From Candidatus Yanofskybacteria bacterium RIFCSPLOWO2_02_FULL_41_13 (GTDB lineage: Bacteria; Patescibacteriota; Minisyncoccia; 2-02-FULL-40-12; GWA2-44-9), in contig MGKQ01000001.1 in NCBI GenBank assembly GCA_001795735.1, forward strand, positions 14,808-78,807: a stretch of 64,000 nt of DNA, written 5' to 3'. Under the pieces are notes generated by a model. The model had not been told where the DNA came from, made no database searches, and was given only the letters and a program-made list of their open reading frames with translations. Within the stretch, counting starts at the first letter, position 1. Each line of letters opens with the position of its first letter. Below, in pieces: positions 8,569-17,914 of the stretch. The position numbers and the translations under genes were made by a program.

Positions 8569-9528
8569 TTGCCTAAACTGCTATTGGACCTTTACAAAAA
8601 GATGTATTTGATTCGAGAAGCCGAAGCAGAAATACGCAGAGAATACAATAATGACGAAATGAAAACTCCAATGCATATGTCGTTGGGCAGTGAAGCTATT
8701 GTTGTGGGTGTATGCCATGCTCTACCTGAAAGTAATCACGTATACGGGACATACCGGAGCCACGCACTATATCTTGCTTTGACCGGCGAAACAGATAAAT
8801 TCTTTGCTGAAATGTACGGTAAGGCAACGGGCTGCGCCAAGGGTAAGGCCGGTTCGATGCACTTGTCATCACCGGAGCATGGCCTAATGGCCACATCGGC
8901 TGTTGTGGCGACAACTATCCCTTGGGCTTTGGGAGATGCTTTTCAGGCAGTTTATAGCAACATTAACCGAATTACCGCTGTTTTTTTTGGAGATGGCGCG
9001 ACCGATGAAGGCGTATTTTGGGAAACTTTAAATGCGGCCTGTCTAATGAAGCTGCCGATTCTATTTGTCTGTGAAGATAACGGACTGGCCATTCATACAT
9101 CAACTGAACAACGCCGAGGATACGATTCTTTAACGGATATAGTTAAGAAATTCAGATGCAACGTTTTGGAGGGTACCGGCAACGACGTCGTAGAAGTATA
9201 TGCTATGGCGAATAAGACAATTAATTATATTATAACAGATAAAAAACCGTCCTTCCTTTGTTTGAAATATTACAGATATCTTGAGCACGTCGGCGTCAAT
9301 GAAGATTTTAACGCCGGTTATAGGTCTAGAGAAGAGTTATTAAAATGGCTGGAGAAAGATCCGCTATACATACACCGCTTAAAGCTTACAGATCTCGGAT
9401 ACACTGACGAGGTGGAGGAGATTGAAAAACAAATCCGTGAACAGGTTCTTGCAAGCAGAATTAAAGCTCAGGAAGCGCCTTTTCCGGATAAAGATGAATT
9501 GATGAAGGGGGTTTTTTATGGAGAATAA
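8569..9528 (+). CDS. ThDP-dependent dehydrogenase E1 component, alpha subunit (PDH/acetoin-dehydrogenase E1-alpha-like)
   Basis: E1-alpha ThDP-binding region GDGATDEGVFWE..N. TTG start with GGGAGG SD. Confidence 0.8.
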   Translation: MPKLLLDLYKKMYLIREAEAEIRREYNNDEMKTPMHMSLGSEAIVVGVCHALPESNHVYGTYRSHALYLALTGETDKFFAEMYGKATGCAKGKAGSMHLSSPEHGLMATSAVVATTIPWALGDAFQAVYSNINRITAVFFGDGATDEGVFWETLNAACLMKLPILFVCEDNGLAIHTSTEQRRGYDSLTDIVKKFRCNVLEGTGNDVVEVYAMANKTINYIITDKKPSFLCLKYYRYLEHVGVNEDFNAGYRSREELLKWLEKDPLYIHRLKLTDLGYTDEVEEIEKQIREQVLASRIKAQEAPFPDKDELMKGVFYGE

Positions 9529-10567
9529 GAGGATCATTTCTTACTGCAAAGCGATCAACGAAGCGCTTTATCAGGAGATGGAGAGAGATGAGAGGATATT
9601 CGTTTACGGTTTGGACGTTGCGGATCACAAACGCACATTCGGCTCCGGTGAGGGCTTATTGGAACGTTTTGGGCCCAAGCGATATTTTTCCACCCCTCTT
9701 TCAGAAGATGCCATGATGGGTTTGGGCGGCGGCGGCGCTGTAGCCGGTTTACGCCCCATCAACGTACACATAAGAGTTGACTTTCTTTTGCTGTCCATGA
9801 ATCAGTTAGCAAACATGATTGCCCCCATACGCTACGGATCGGATGGAAAACTTTCTGTTCCATTGGTAATCCGCGCAATTATTGGGCGGGGCTGGGGCCA
9901 AGGATTCCAACATTCAAAAACTCTGCAAAGTGTTTTTGCCCACATTCCCGGATTAAAGGTAGTTATGCCAACTACGCCTTATGACGCTAAGGGATTGCTT
10001 ATATCCGCTATTCGCGACAATAATCCGGTTCTTATTCTGGAACATCGCCTACTTTACTGGCAGAAAGGCCGGGTTCCCGAAGAACCATTTACCGTTCCTC
10101 TCGGCCAAGCCAACGTTCTTAGACCGGGAACCGATATCACTATCGCCGCTACATCGTGGATGAACGTTGAAGCTTATACCGCCGCACGGATAATGGAAAA
10201 GCGCAGTGTAGATGTAGAGATAATTGACATCCGCTCAATCGCTCCGCTTGATGATAAGCTTGTAACTGAATCCGCCATTAAGACAGGTCATTTGATTGTA
10301 GCCGACTACGACTGGATTAATTGCGGCCTCTCAGCTGAAATTACCGCCAGAGTATATGAAAAATGTATGCATCAATTAAAATCACCGATTACAAGAATCG
10401 GTTTTGCGCCAACACCATGCCCAACCACGCGCCCGCTTGAAAATTTGTTCTATCCTGGCGCAGAAACGCTAGTTAGAGTTATCGAACAGAAACTTGGCCT
10501 TGAGAGAGCCGATCTATCTGAAGAAGAATTTTTTAGTTATGAGAATAAATTCCGCGGTCCGTTTTGA
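9518..10567 (+). CDS. ThDP-dependent dehydrogenase E1 component, beta subunit (transketolase-like)
   Basis: E1-beta-like sequence. SD AAGGGGG precedes the ATG. Overlaps the alpha gene. Confidence 0.8.
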   Translation: MENKRIISYCKAINEALYQEMERDERIFVYGLDVADHKRTFGSGEGLLERFGPKRYFSTPLSEDAMMGLGGGGAVAGLRPINVHIRVDFLLLSMNQLANMIAPIRYGSDGKLSVPLVIRAIIGRGWGQGFQHSKTLQSVFAHIPGLKVVMPTTPYDAKGLLISAIRDNNPVLILEHRLLYWQKGRVPEEPFTVPLGQANVLRPGTDITIAATSWMNVEAYTAARIMEKRSVDVEIIDIRSIAPLDDKLVTESAIKTGHLIVADYDWINCGLSAEITARVYEKCMHQLKSPITRIGFAPTPCPTTRPLENLFYPGAETLVRVIEQKLGLERADLSEEEFFSYENKFRGPF

Positions 10568-10593
10568 TCCAGCTTAGTTCCTTAAATTAACGC

Positions 10594-10626
10594 AAATCCC
10601 TGGCACAATGCCCGGGATTTTTATTT
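10594..10626 (+). terminator. rho-independent terminator after the E1-beta gene
   Basis: AAATCCC-TGGCA / TGCCCGGGATTT stem followed by a T-run. Confidence 0.55.
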
Positions 10627-10674
10627 AGAAAACTTGCTGGATTTTTAGTTTTTTTTAAGCTAAGTTAAGGTATT

Positions 10675-10959
10675 ATGAATCCCGAACGAGACAGCAAAAG
10701 CATATTTTATACATACGTACTAAGAAATGAGAATGGCCGTCTATATACAGGTTTTACTTATGACCTACGGAAACGCCTCAATGAACACAATGACAAAAAA
10801 TCAACATATACAAAATATCGAGGTCAATATGAGCTCATTTACTATGAAATGTGTCGAGATGAGAATGATGCTCGTCAAAGAAAAAAGTATCTTAAATCAG
10901 GCATGGGCAAACGCTACCTGAAAAACAGGTTGAGGCGTTTCCTGTCTCGTACGGGATGA
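10675..10959 (+). CDS. GIY-YIG domain small protein
   Basis: IFYTYVLRN...LYTGFTYDLRKRLNEHN. Confidence 0.75.
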   Translation: MNPERDSKSIFYTYVLRNENGRLYTGFTYDLRKRLNEHNDKKSTYTKYRGQYELIYYEMCRDENDARQRKKYLKSGMGKRYLKNRLRRFLSRTG

Positions 10960-11705
10960 AATTAATATCTTTAAATATCTGGGGTGGAAAGTTATATGAA
11001 CCGCTCATGGAATTTATCAGTGAAGCCAAAAAAGATACTGATATTTTTTGTTTTCAAGAACTCTTCTTCGGTAATAGGCCCGGATATGATGTAGGCGGAG
11101 CCAGAGCCAATATTGCCAAAGAGCTTGAAAGCGCCTTGCTGGAGTTCAATATTTATCCGTACTTTGCACCAAAAAACTCGTTCTTTATGGGAGAGATGGC
11201 TCTGTCGACAATAGGTCAAGCAATTTTCGTAAGAAAGAACTTGTCAGTTACCGATAAGGGAGGTTTTTATACTCATCATCCCGTTACAAACCATAGCGGG
11301 ATTTTTCAATACATTAAAATTAGGACTGATAAAGATGAATTTATTATTGGCAATATTCACGGCCTATGGCTGCCGACCGGAAAGCTAGATAACCCGGAGC
11401 GCATTAAACAATCCGAAATGATAATAGACCTTTATGCCACTCACAAGGGCAAGAAAATAATATGTGGCGACTTCAATCTCCGGCCTGAAACAGAAAGCAT
11501 CGCCATATTCAATAAAGATTTTAAAAACTTGATCAAAGATTTTGGGATAAACTCAACGCGCAGTTCTTTCTATAAAGATGCCGAGAGATATAAAGACTTC
11601 ATATCCGATTATGTTTTCGTTTCTAGGGATGTAAATGTAATGAATTTTAAGACGATAGATGCCTTCGTATCCGACCATCTACCGATTATGCTTGAGTTCT
11701 CGTAA
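10956..11705 (+). CDS. endonuclease/exonuclease/phosphatase (EEP) family protein
   Basis: N-terminal LNIWGG...DIFCFQE and C-terminal GDFN...SDHLPIMLEF are EEP signatures. ATGA overlap with the GIY-YIG ORF. Confidence 0.7.
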   Translation: MKLISLNIWGGKLYEPLMEFISEAKKDTDIFCFQELFFGNRPGYDVGGARANIAKELESALLEFNIYPYFAPKNSFFMGEMALSTIGQAIFVRKNLSVTDKGGFYTHHPVTNHSGIFQYIKIRTDKDEFIIGNIHGLWLPTGKLDNPERIKQSEMIIDLYATHKGKKIICGDFNLRPETESIAIFNKDFKNLIKDFGINSTRSSFYKDAERYKDFISDYVFVSRDVNVMNFKTIDAFVSDHLPIMLEFS

Positions 11706-11786
11706 AAGAACGAAACTGGGCCATATTGACTGGAGTATAAAAATATAACACTATTTAACCCAAAGTCCTTTAAAAAGAGGTGCTTA

Positions 11787-12989
11787 GTGAATTATAAATA
11801 TCCTCTTGCCACAGACACCGTGACCAAAGAAGACCTCCGTGCTTTGGCTGTCTGGCTGTTGAGTGATCCTGCGCCCCGCCTAACCATGGGGCCGTTAGTA
11901 AAAGAATACGAGCAAAGATGGTGCGACTGGCTTGGCAGAAATTTTGCTATCTCTTGCAGTACGGGTTCAGATGCCAATGAGTTAATGTATTACACCCTGC
12001 TCCGCTCAGGCCGGCTAAAGAACAAGAAAATTATCGTTCCAAGTGCCGCTTGGGTTACCAGTATTTCTCCGGCAATACATTACGGTTTTGAGCCGATTAT
12101 GTGCGATGCCGATTATGACACATGGGCTCTTAACAAGAGACATCTCAGAGCCTTACTCGAAGAGCACAATCCTTCTACGGTTTTTTTAGTTCAAGTACTT
12201 GGCATCCCTCACGATATGGATGACCTGATGAAACTAAAAAAGGAATACGGATTCTTCCTTCTTGAAGATACCTGTGCCGCAATCGGTTCCTCATATCATG
12301 GCCAAAAATTGGGAACATTCGGTGACATGTCTAGCATCTCAACCTATTACGGCCACCAGACACCGACCGTTGAGGGCGGAGTAGTATTTACAGATGATAA
12401 GGATCTCAATGATCTGCTTTTGATGTTAAGAAGTCATGGCTGGGTAGCACATGTTGATCCGGAGAAAAGAACCGAAATTTTAAAGAAATACGAAATCGAA
12501 GATATCGGAACCCATTTTCACTTCATTGAGCCCGGCTTTAATTCACGATTTACTGATATGCAGGCATTCCTCGGCCTGCGCCAGCTTGACCGAATAGAGT
12601 GGAACATCGAAAAAAGATCTTCTAACCACCGGCTCTACAAACAGATACTTGGTCACAGCGGTTTGTTTATGACCCAGGTTTATGACAAGGAGTCAGTTGT
12701 ATGCAGTATCCACTTTTGCGCCCTGGCCTTAAATTATGAGGAAAGAAATATAATTATTAAAGAGCTTCAGAACAACGGCATAGAAACCAGGCCGTTTACT
12801 TCGGGTAATCAGGGCCTTCAGCCATATTGGTTCAGAGAATATGGAAAGTTCTCCGCCTCCGTAGCCAATAAGCTTTATCACTGCGGGTTCTTCCTACCCA
12901 ATCACCCCTATCTTAAAACGGAAGACATCGAGTACATCTGTTCGGTAGCGATCAAGACAGCATTGGAATACAGAGAGGAGAATGGATAA
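11787..12989 (+). CDS. DegT/DnrJ/EryC1-family PLP/PMP enzyme with His at the canonical Lys position (sugar 3-dehydratase-like, E1/ColD-type)
   Basis: Family pattern D.CAAIG...SISTYYGHQTPTVEGG with H replacing the Schiff-base K. GTG start with GAGGTG SD. Confidence 0.7.
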   Translation: MNYKYPLATDTVTKEDLRALAVWLLSDPAPRLTMGPLVKEYEQRWCDWLGRNFAISCSTGSDANELMYYTLLRSGRLKNKKIIVPSAAWVTSISPAIHYGFEPIMCDADYDTWALNKRHLRALLEEHNPSTVFLVQVLGIPHDMDDLMKLKKEYGFFLLEDTCAAIGSSYHGQKLGTFGDMSSISTYYGHQTPTVEGGVVFTDDKDLNDLLLMLRSHGWVAHVDPEKRTEILKKYEIEDIGTHFHFIEPGFNSRFTDMQAFLGLRQLDRIEWNIEKRSSNHRLYKQILGHSGLFMTQVYDKESVVCSIHFCALALNYEERNIIIKELQNNGIETRPFTSGNQGLQPYWFREYGKFSASVANKLYHCGFFLPNHPYLKTEDIEYICSVAIKTALEYREENG

Positions 12990-13927
12990 TGCCCAGAGTT
13001 CTTGTCACCGGAGGCGCCGGGTATATCGGTTCGGTTCTGGTACCAATGCTTTTGAATGCCGGCCATGAGGTCATCGTACTTGATAACTTCATGTACAATC
13101 AGACTTCTCTACTTGACTGTTGTCACAACAAAAATCTGCTGATTATCAGAGGCGATTCCAGAGATGAAAAACGGATAGAAGATACTTTTAAAAACTACTG
13201 GCCTATAAGATATGTCATTCCCCTGGCTTGCATCGTCGGAGCTCCTGCTTGCGACAAAGACCCATGGTCTGCCAGAACGACCAACCTGGATGCGGTTAGA
13301 ATGATCGCCGACCGATGGAGACCAAGAATAATATTCCCCAACACTAACAGCGGTTACGGTATCGGCCAAGAAAGAAACTATTGCACTGAAGAGTCTTCGT
13401 TAAATCCAGTTTCTCTCTATGGCAAACTAAAAGTTGAAGCAGAAGAGGTATTATTAAAAAATGGAAATTCTGTGGTTCTCCGCCTGGCAACTGTTTTTGG
13501 AATCAGTCCGCGCATGCGTCTGGATTTGCTAGTTAATGACTTCGTTTACAGAGCCGTAAATGACCGCTATGTAGTACTCTTTGAGGGTAATTTTAAAAGA
13601 AACTACATCCACGTCCGAGATGTTGCAAGAGCATTTATGCATTGCATGGAAAACTTTAAGACGATGGATGGCCAAGTCTACAATGTCGGATTAAGTGATG
13701 CTAACCTTTCAAAATTGGAACTATGCGAGGAGATAAAGAAGCAAGTACCTGGCTTTTATTTTGCCGAAGCTAAAATAGGCGAAGATCCTGATAAACGCAA
13801 CTATATCGTCAGCAACGAAAAGATTGAGAAAACCGGATTTAAACCGGAGGTTTCTCTGCAAGAAGGAATTGCTGAGTTAATCAGAGGTTATCCGGTTATA
13901 AAAAATAACCATTTCTCAAATATTTAA
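12989..13927 (+). CDS. NAD-dependent epimerase/dehydratase (extended SDR)
   Basis: VLVTGGAGYIGS. Confidence 0.8.
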   Translation: MPRVLVTGGAGYIGSVLVPMLLNAGHEVIVLDNFMYNQTSLLDCCHNKNLLIIRGDSRDEKRIEDTFKNYWPIRYVIPLACIVGAPACDKDPWSARTTNLDAVRMIADRWRPRIIFPNTNSGYGIGQERNYCTEESSLNPVSLYGKLKVEAEEVLLKNGNSVVLRLATVFGISPRMRLDLLVNDFVYRAVNDRYVVLFEGNFKRNYIHVRDVARAFMHCMENFKTMDGQVYNVGLSDANLSKLELCEEIKKQVPGFYFAEAKIGEDPDKRNYIVSNEKIEKTGFKPEVSLQEGIAELIRGYPVIKNNHFSNI

Positions 13928-13932
13928 ATTTA

Positions 13933-13957
13933 AAAGGAGCCATATAGCTCCTTTTTT
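13933..13957. terminator. bidirectional rho-independent terminator between convergent genes
   Basis: AAAGGAGC / GCTCCTTT stem with TTTTTT. Confidence 0.6.
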
Positions 13958-13991
13958 GTTTACCTAAAACTTATTGCCCCGTAAGTCTGAT

Positions 13992-16067
13992 TTATACCGG
14001 TTCATTGGGCCGTATTGTATAAAGATAAGCACCGTTACGAAAACACCACCAGACGACTTTTCTCAGCCATTCTTCCAAAGAATCCCAGGATTCAGTTGTG
14101 CGATCAATGCAATACTCTGCTGGGCCTTCTTCGAGTATGGCCGGTTGTCCGGTAAAAATGTTTCTATAGAATTCCCAGACCCGGTAATTTAGTTTAATGG
14201 TGAGGTCGTGATCCTGGAACGGAAGCTTAAGAAGCGCCCGGTTAAGCCGAATTGCATCGTCAAGTATTATATCATTGACCGGGGCTGATCGGACGTTGCG
14301 CATAAGCCGAAGTGCCCGTTGAGCCTCTTCGTAAAAATCGGATAGCCGACCATTAACATATAATTTTATCATGGCGTATGCATCGGCCGGCCACCAAATA
14401 TCGAGCCATTCCCCGGAGTGACTGTACTCCTCTTGGCCCTGAGTTATTTTTGTCGCTTCGCTTAATAAGAATTGTCTTATGCTTGCTAGTACCGGGAATT
14501 CTTCTTCGGGAAGAAAGATTTTATGATTGCTGACGTCACGGTAATTTCCTTCTGAGAAAAGTTCTATCAGCTCCCGATAGCTTATGCCGCCAATCTGGTT
14601 CATGACTATTAAAGGAATCTGAAACATTTTATCAAAATGCAGAAAGGCAGACATCCAAGTGAACACCCTGGTACGAATCCAATCTTCCTTAGGCATAGTT
14701 TTTGTGGCAACTACCGCTTTCTGCCATTCATCTATGCCATCGGGAGTTTCTTCTTTCTTACCGTGAACGGTAAGTATTTTAATCGATACTGTTTTCATTC
14801 CGTACTCTTCCATATATTCAGGATTAGCCGCTTCGGCATTAGGCAAGATAGTAAATATATTAAAATGAATACGATTATGCTGGCCACCGGCAATAGTATT
14901 TGAGATGCCGTCAGCAAATGAGTCATATGTCTCATTGGGCATAGCCATAATCATATCAGTCACTATCATCGTACCCTTAGCGGCCATCTCATTCTGACGT
15001 GCCTGATAGGCTTCTACCTTCATATTGTCGCGGCGAATTGCCCTGAGAGTTTCCGCATTAGTTGACTGCAGTGACATAAGACCATCGGTCTTAAGTCCCG
15101 AGCGATCTAATATCGCTAACGCTTCAAATGAGTGGTCTTTCGGATTTTTTGCGTTTTGGGTTGCTATTGCCTTTGGAAATCCGTACTGCTCACGGATTTT
15201 CGCAAATTGTTCGGCAATCTTGACGTCCCGTTCTAAGATTCCAAAATTAGCATCCCCGATAAACGTATAGCCTATCTGATGCCGGCCGATCCATTCAATA
15301 TCACCACAGACCTGCTCCAAGGGAAACTTGGCCAGCTTATCTTCCGTCGCACCGCCCCAGTCACAAAATGTACATGCATATGGACAGCCTCGATTAGTCT
15401 CGAGAAGCACAATCCACTTTTGTTCCGGAAAAGATTTAATCAAATCGTCGAAAATCCCGGATTGGTAAGGTGACGGTACTACACCGAGATCAACAATACG
15501 AGGACGTCTAGGATTATGCACAAAGGTTCCGTCTTTACGTAAGTAACTTATCGATGGAATGTCTTCCCTCTCATAATTGCCGTCGAGCAACCGCTCAAGG
15601 ATATCTAGAAATACTGCTTCGCCCTCACCGTGACAGGCAATATCAATGAAGGGATAGTCCCGATGAAATGTTTCAGTAAAACTCTTGCGTAAACGTGTCA
15701 GCTGAATAAGACCGGCTGATTTTTTTTCACGGCCGAATCTTTTTAGTCCGTCTGGCACATGAGGACCACCGAAAACAATAATAATTTCCGGTTTTTGGCG
15801 CTTAAGCTCTCGGGCAATAGCACATGATAATTCAAAATTCCAAACGTAAACACTGAAAGCAACGATTTGAGCATCTATTAATTTAGCTACTGCAGATTCA
15901 ACGGTAAGCCGCTTATAGACCATCTGCAGAAATTCAAAACTGTTAGAATCGCGGGCGTACTTCTGGGCATAGGCCTTCAAATAACCGATAGATGGGGGCA
16001 GATAGCACTGACCATCCGAAAATTCGTTGCCGATCTGAGCCAAACCTATGGTTAGCTTTTTCATCAT
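13992..16067 (-). CDS. B12-binding-domain radical SAM protein (large, 691 aa; paralog of 18968..21133)
   Basis: N-terminal cobalamin-binding-like region, CPYACTFCDWG CxxxCxxC motif, conserved C-terminal roughly 250-aa extension shared with the paralog. Confidence 0.8.
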   Translation of the reverse strand: MMKKLTIGLAQIGNEFSDGQCYLPPSIGYLKAYAQKYARDSNSFEFLQMVYKRLTVESAVAKLIDAQIVAFSVYVWNFELSCAIARELKRQKPEIIIVFGGPHVPDGLKRFGREKKSAGLIQLTRLRKSFTETFHRDYPFIDIACHGEGEAVFLDILERLLDGNYEREDIPSISYLRKDGTFVHNPRRPRIVDLGVVPSPYQSGIFDDLIKSFPEQKWIVLLETNRGCPYACTFCDWGGATEDKLAKFPLEQVCGDIEWIGRHQIGYTFIGDANFGILERDVKIAEQFAKIREQYGFPKAIATQNAKNPKDHSFEALAILDRSGLKTDGLMSLQSTNAETLRAIRRDNMKVEAYQARQNEMAAKGTMIVTDMIMAMPNETYDSFADGISNTIAGGQHNRIHFNIFTILPNAEAANPEYMEEYGMKTVSIKILTVHGKKEETPDGIDEWQKAVVATKTMPKEDWIRTRVFTWMSAFLHFDKMFQIPLIVMNQIGGISYRELIELFSEGNYRDVSNHKIFLPEEEFPVLASIRQFLLSEATKITQGQEEYSHSGEWLDIWWPADAYAMIKLYVNGRLSDFYEEAQRALRLMRNVRSAPVNDIILDDAIRLNRALLKLPFQDHDLTIKLNYRVWEFYRNIFTGQPAILEEGPAEYCIDRTTESWDSLEEWLRKVVWWCFRNGAYLYTIRPNEPV

Positions 16068-16136
16068 TTACCCTTTAATATTGTAAATGTACATTTGCTG
16101 AATGATACTTAATGGCCGCTTCGTCGTCAACAGTAA

Positions 16137-16166
16137 AAAAGACCCTGTAGGGGGGTCTTTTTGTTG
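16137..16166 (-). terminator. rho-independent terminator (minus strand) after the RmlC-like gene
   Basis: AAAAGACCC / GGGTCTTTT stem with a T-run. Confidence 0.55.
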
Positions 16167-16700
16167 CTAGCTGTCTCTTCTTGAGAGGATAGGATTTCCG
16201 GTTGGCCAGGTGATATTGAATCGTGGATCGTTCCATTTAACGGTGAACTGATTCTTACCATCGGTATAATATTCCGATTGGTTATAGTGGAACACTGCCC
16301 AGTCGCTCAATATTAAGTGGCCGTTGGCATGCATGGGGGGAATAAGTATCTGAAGACAATTACGGGGAGTCAGGGTAAAGGCTTCCCATTTTCCAAAGGA
16401 CGGAGAAGTCTCATTGTAATTCATGACTACCAGGTATAGCTCTCCGTAGAGGCAGGAAATGAGCTTCCAGGTTTTAGGATCTCCATGCAAACCACGAAGA
16501 ACGTTTTTATGTGAAAGGGAGTAATCTTGTTCAACGAATTCAATTTTAATTCCGGCATCGAAGTATTCCTGTTTTTTATATACCTCGCCACAAACTCCAC
16601 GATAGTCTTCAAAAAAATAACGCTCTATCCGTAAAACTTCGGGTAAAGTTGTCTGCGAAACCTTAATCATATAGATACTATAGCATATAATTAAAACCAA
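16167..16700 (-). CDS. dTDP-4-dehydrorhamnose-3,5-epimerase-like cupin (RmlC family sugar 3,5-epimerase)
   Basis: FEDYRGV...VLRGLHGDP...KLISCLYGELYLVV matches the RmlC pattern. True start may be the internal MIKV (16670). Confidence 0.7.
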   Translation of the reverse strand: MVLIICYSIYMIKVSQTTLPEVLRIERYFFEDYRGVCGEVYKKQEYFDAGIKIEFVEQDYSLSHKNVLRGLHGDPKTWKLISCLYGELYLVVMNYNETSPSFGKWEAFTLTPRNCLQILIPPMHANGHLILSDWAVFHYNQSEYYTDGKNQFTVKWNDPRFNITWPTGNPILSRRDS

Positions 16701-16784
16701 ACTGTCAGTTGACTAAACATCATTCTCGGTATACTATTGATCATTGTTCATTCAAATTCAAACAAAGGTCTGGAGGCGGGTCTA

Positions 16785-17738
16785 ATGACAAAGAAAAGAG
16801 TTTTGGTTTGCGGAGCTAGCGGATTTATCGGAAGAAATATATTTGAACGGCTATCGGAACGCAAAGATATTGAACTTATAGGAACTTATCACAATAATCG
16901 TTTTAGCTCAGACCCGCGATTAGTTAAGGTTGACCTGACTGATAAACATGAAGTTAATGAATTACTAAAAGGCGTTGATATCTTAATTCAAGCCGCAGCA
17001 GTCACTTCCGGTTCAAAGCAAATAAAGGAGAGGCCCTTCATTCATATCACCGACAATGGAATTATGAATCTTCTTATGTATCAGGCATCCTTTGATCAGC
17101 GTATCGGAATGGTAATTTTCTTCAGTTGTTCAGTTATGTATCCCGGCGGCGACAAGCCGGCTAAAGAATCGGATCTTAATCTTAATGACGGCATGCATCC
17201 TACATATTTCGGGGCCGGTTGGACAAAAATCTATTTAGAAAAAATGTGTGACTTTTACTCGCGCCTGGGCCGGACTAAATTTCTTGTCATCCGACACTCA
17301 AACATATACGGTCCGTACGATAAATACGACCTTGAAAAATCTCATATGTTCGGCGCCAATGTTACTAAAGTTATGACGGCTAAAGATGGCGATGAAATTA
17401 CGGTCTGGGGAACGGGCCAGGAAAAACGAGATCTGGTATATGTGTCCGACCTGGTTGATTTTGTCGAGCTGGCTATGGCAAAGCAAGATCGGGATAGCTT
17501 TGACTTAGTTAATGTCGGCTGTGGTGAGGCCTTAAGCGTAAATGATATAATCTCAAAAATAATTACTGCTTCGGGTAAGAATCTATCTTTAGCACATAAC
17601 GTAACCGGACCGACCATTCCAGTTAGCATTACGCTTGATGCAACGAGAGCAAAAGATATATATGGCTGGCAGCCCAAAGTTTCACTTGATACCGGTATCG
17701 CCAGAACTATTGATTGGTATCGTAAAAATATTCTATAA
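16785..17738 (+). CDS. NAD-dependent epimerase/dehydratase (extended SDR; GDP-fucose-synthase/4-reductase-like)
   Basis: VLVCGASGFIGRN. Start set at the ATG preceded by GGAGG SD (the ORF-track start is 48 nt upstream). Confidence 0.75.
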   Translation: MTKKRVLVCGASGFIGRNIFERLSERKDIELIGTYHNNRFSSDPRLVKVDLTDKHEVNELLKGVDILIQAAAVTSGSKQIKERPFIHITDNGIMNLLMYQASFDQRIGMVIFFSCSVMYPGGDKPAKESDLNLNDGMHPTYFGAGWTKIYLEKMCDFYSRLGRTKFLVIRHSNIYGPYDKYDLEKSHMFGANVTKVMTAKDGDEITVWGTGQEKRDLVYVSDLVDFVELAMAKQDRDSFDLVNVGCGEALSVNDIISKIITASGKNLSLAHNVTGPTIPVSITLDATRAKDIYGWQPKVSLDTGIARTIDWYRKNIL

Positions 17739-17765
17739 AACCTCGAATTCTACGAGGTTTTTTAT
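17737..17765 (+). terminator. rho-independent terminator
   Basis: AACCTCG / CGAGGTT stem followed by TTTTT. Confidence 0.6.
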
Positions 17766-17771
17766 TGATTG

Positions 17772-17851
17772 ATCCCGTTAGAGGTCCGACTTGCCTAGAA
17801 GGCATGGTCAGCAGATGCACCACCAAGGGCGCATCTTACCTCTAACGGGAT
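17772..17851. mobile_element. divergent member of the CCCGTTAGA terminal-inverted-repeat element family (MITE-like or structured small RNA)
   Basis: 14-bp perfect IRs ATCCCGTTAGAGGT / ACCTCTAACGGGAT enclosing 52 nt with internal hairpins. TIR sequence is related to the elements at 51486 and 61162. Confidence 0.5.
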
Positions 17852-17914
17852 TGACACTCGCTATTAATTATGTAAAAATAACAATCAGCTATTTACCAAG
17901 ATAGGAGAAGATCG

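Noticed and set aside
8569-10567. E1 alpha/beta pair as a housekeeping pyruvate or acetoin dehydrogenase complex
   Set aside because: No E2 (lipoyl acyltransferase) or E3 genes adjacent. The pair is embedded between a sugar-type methyltransferase and a GIY-YIG/EEP pair inside a glycan island, so a sugar-tailoring role is favoured. Housekeeping function cannot be excluded without phylogeny.
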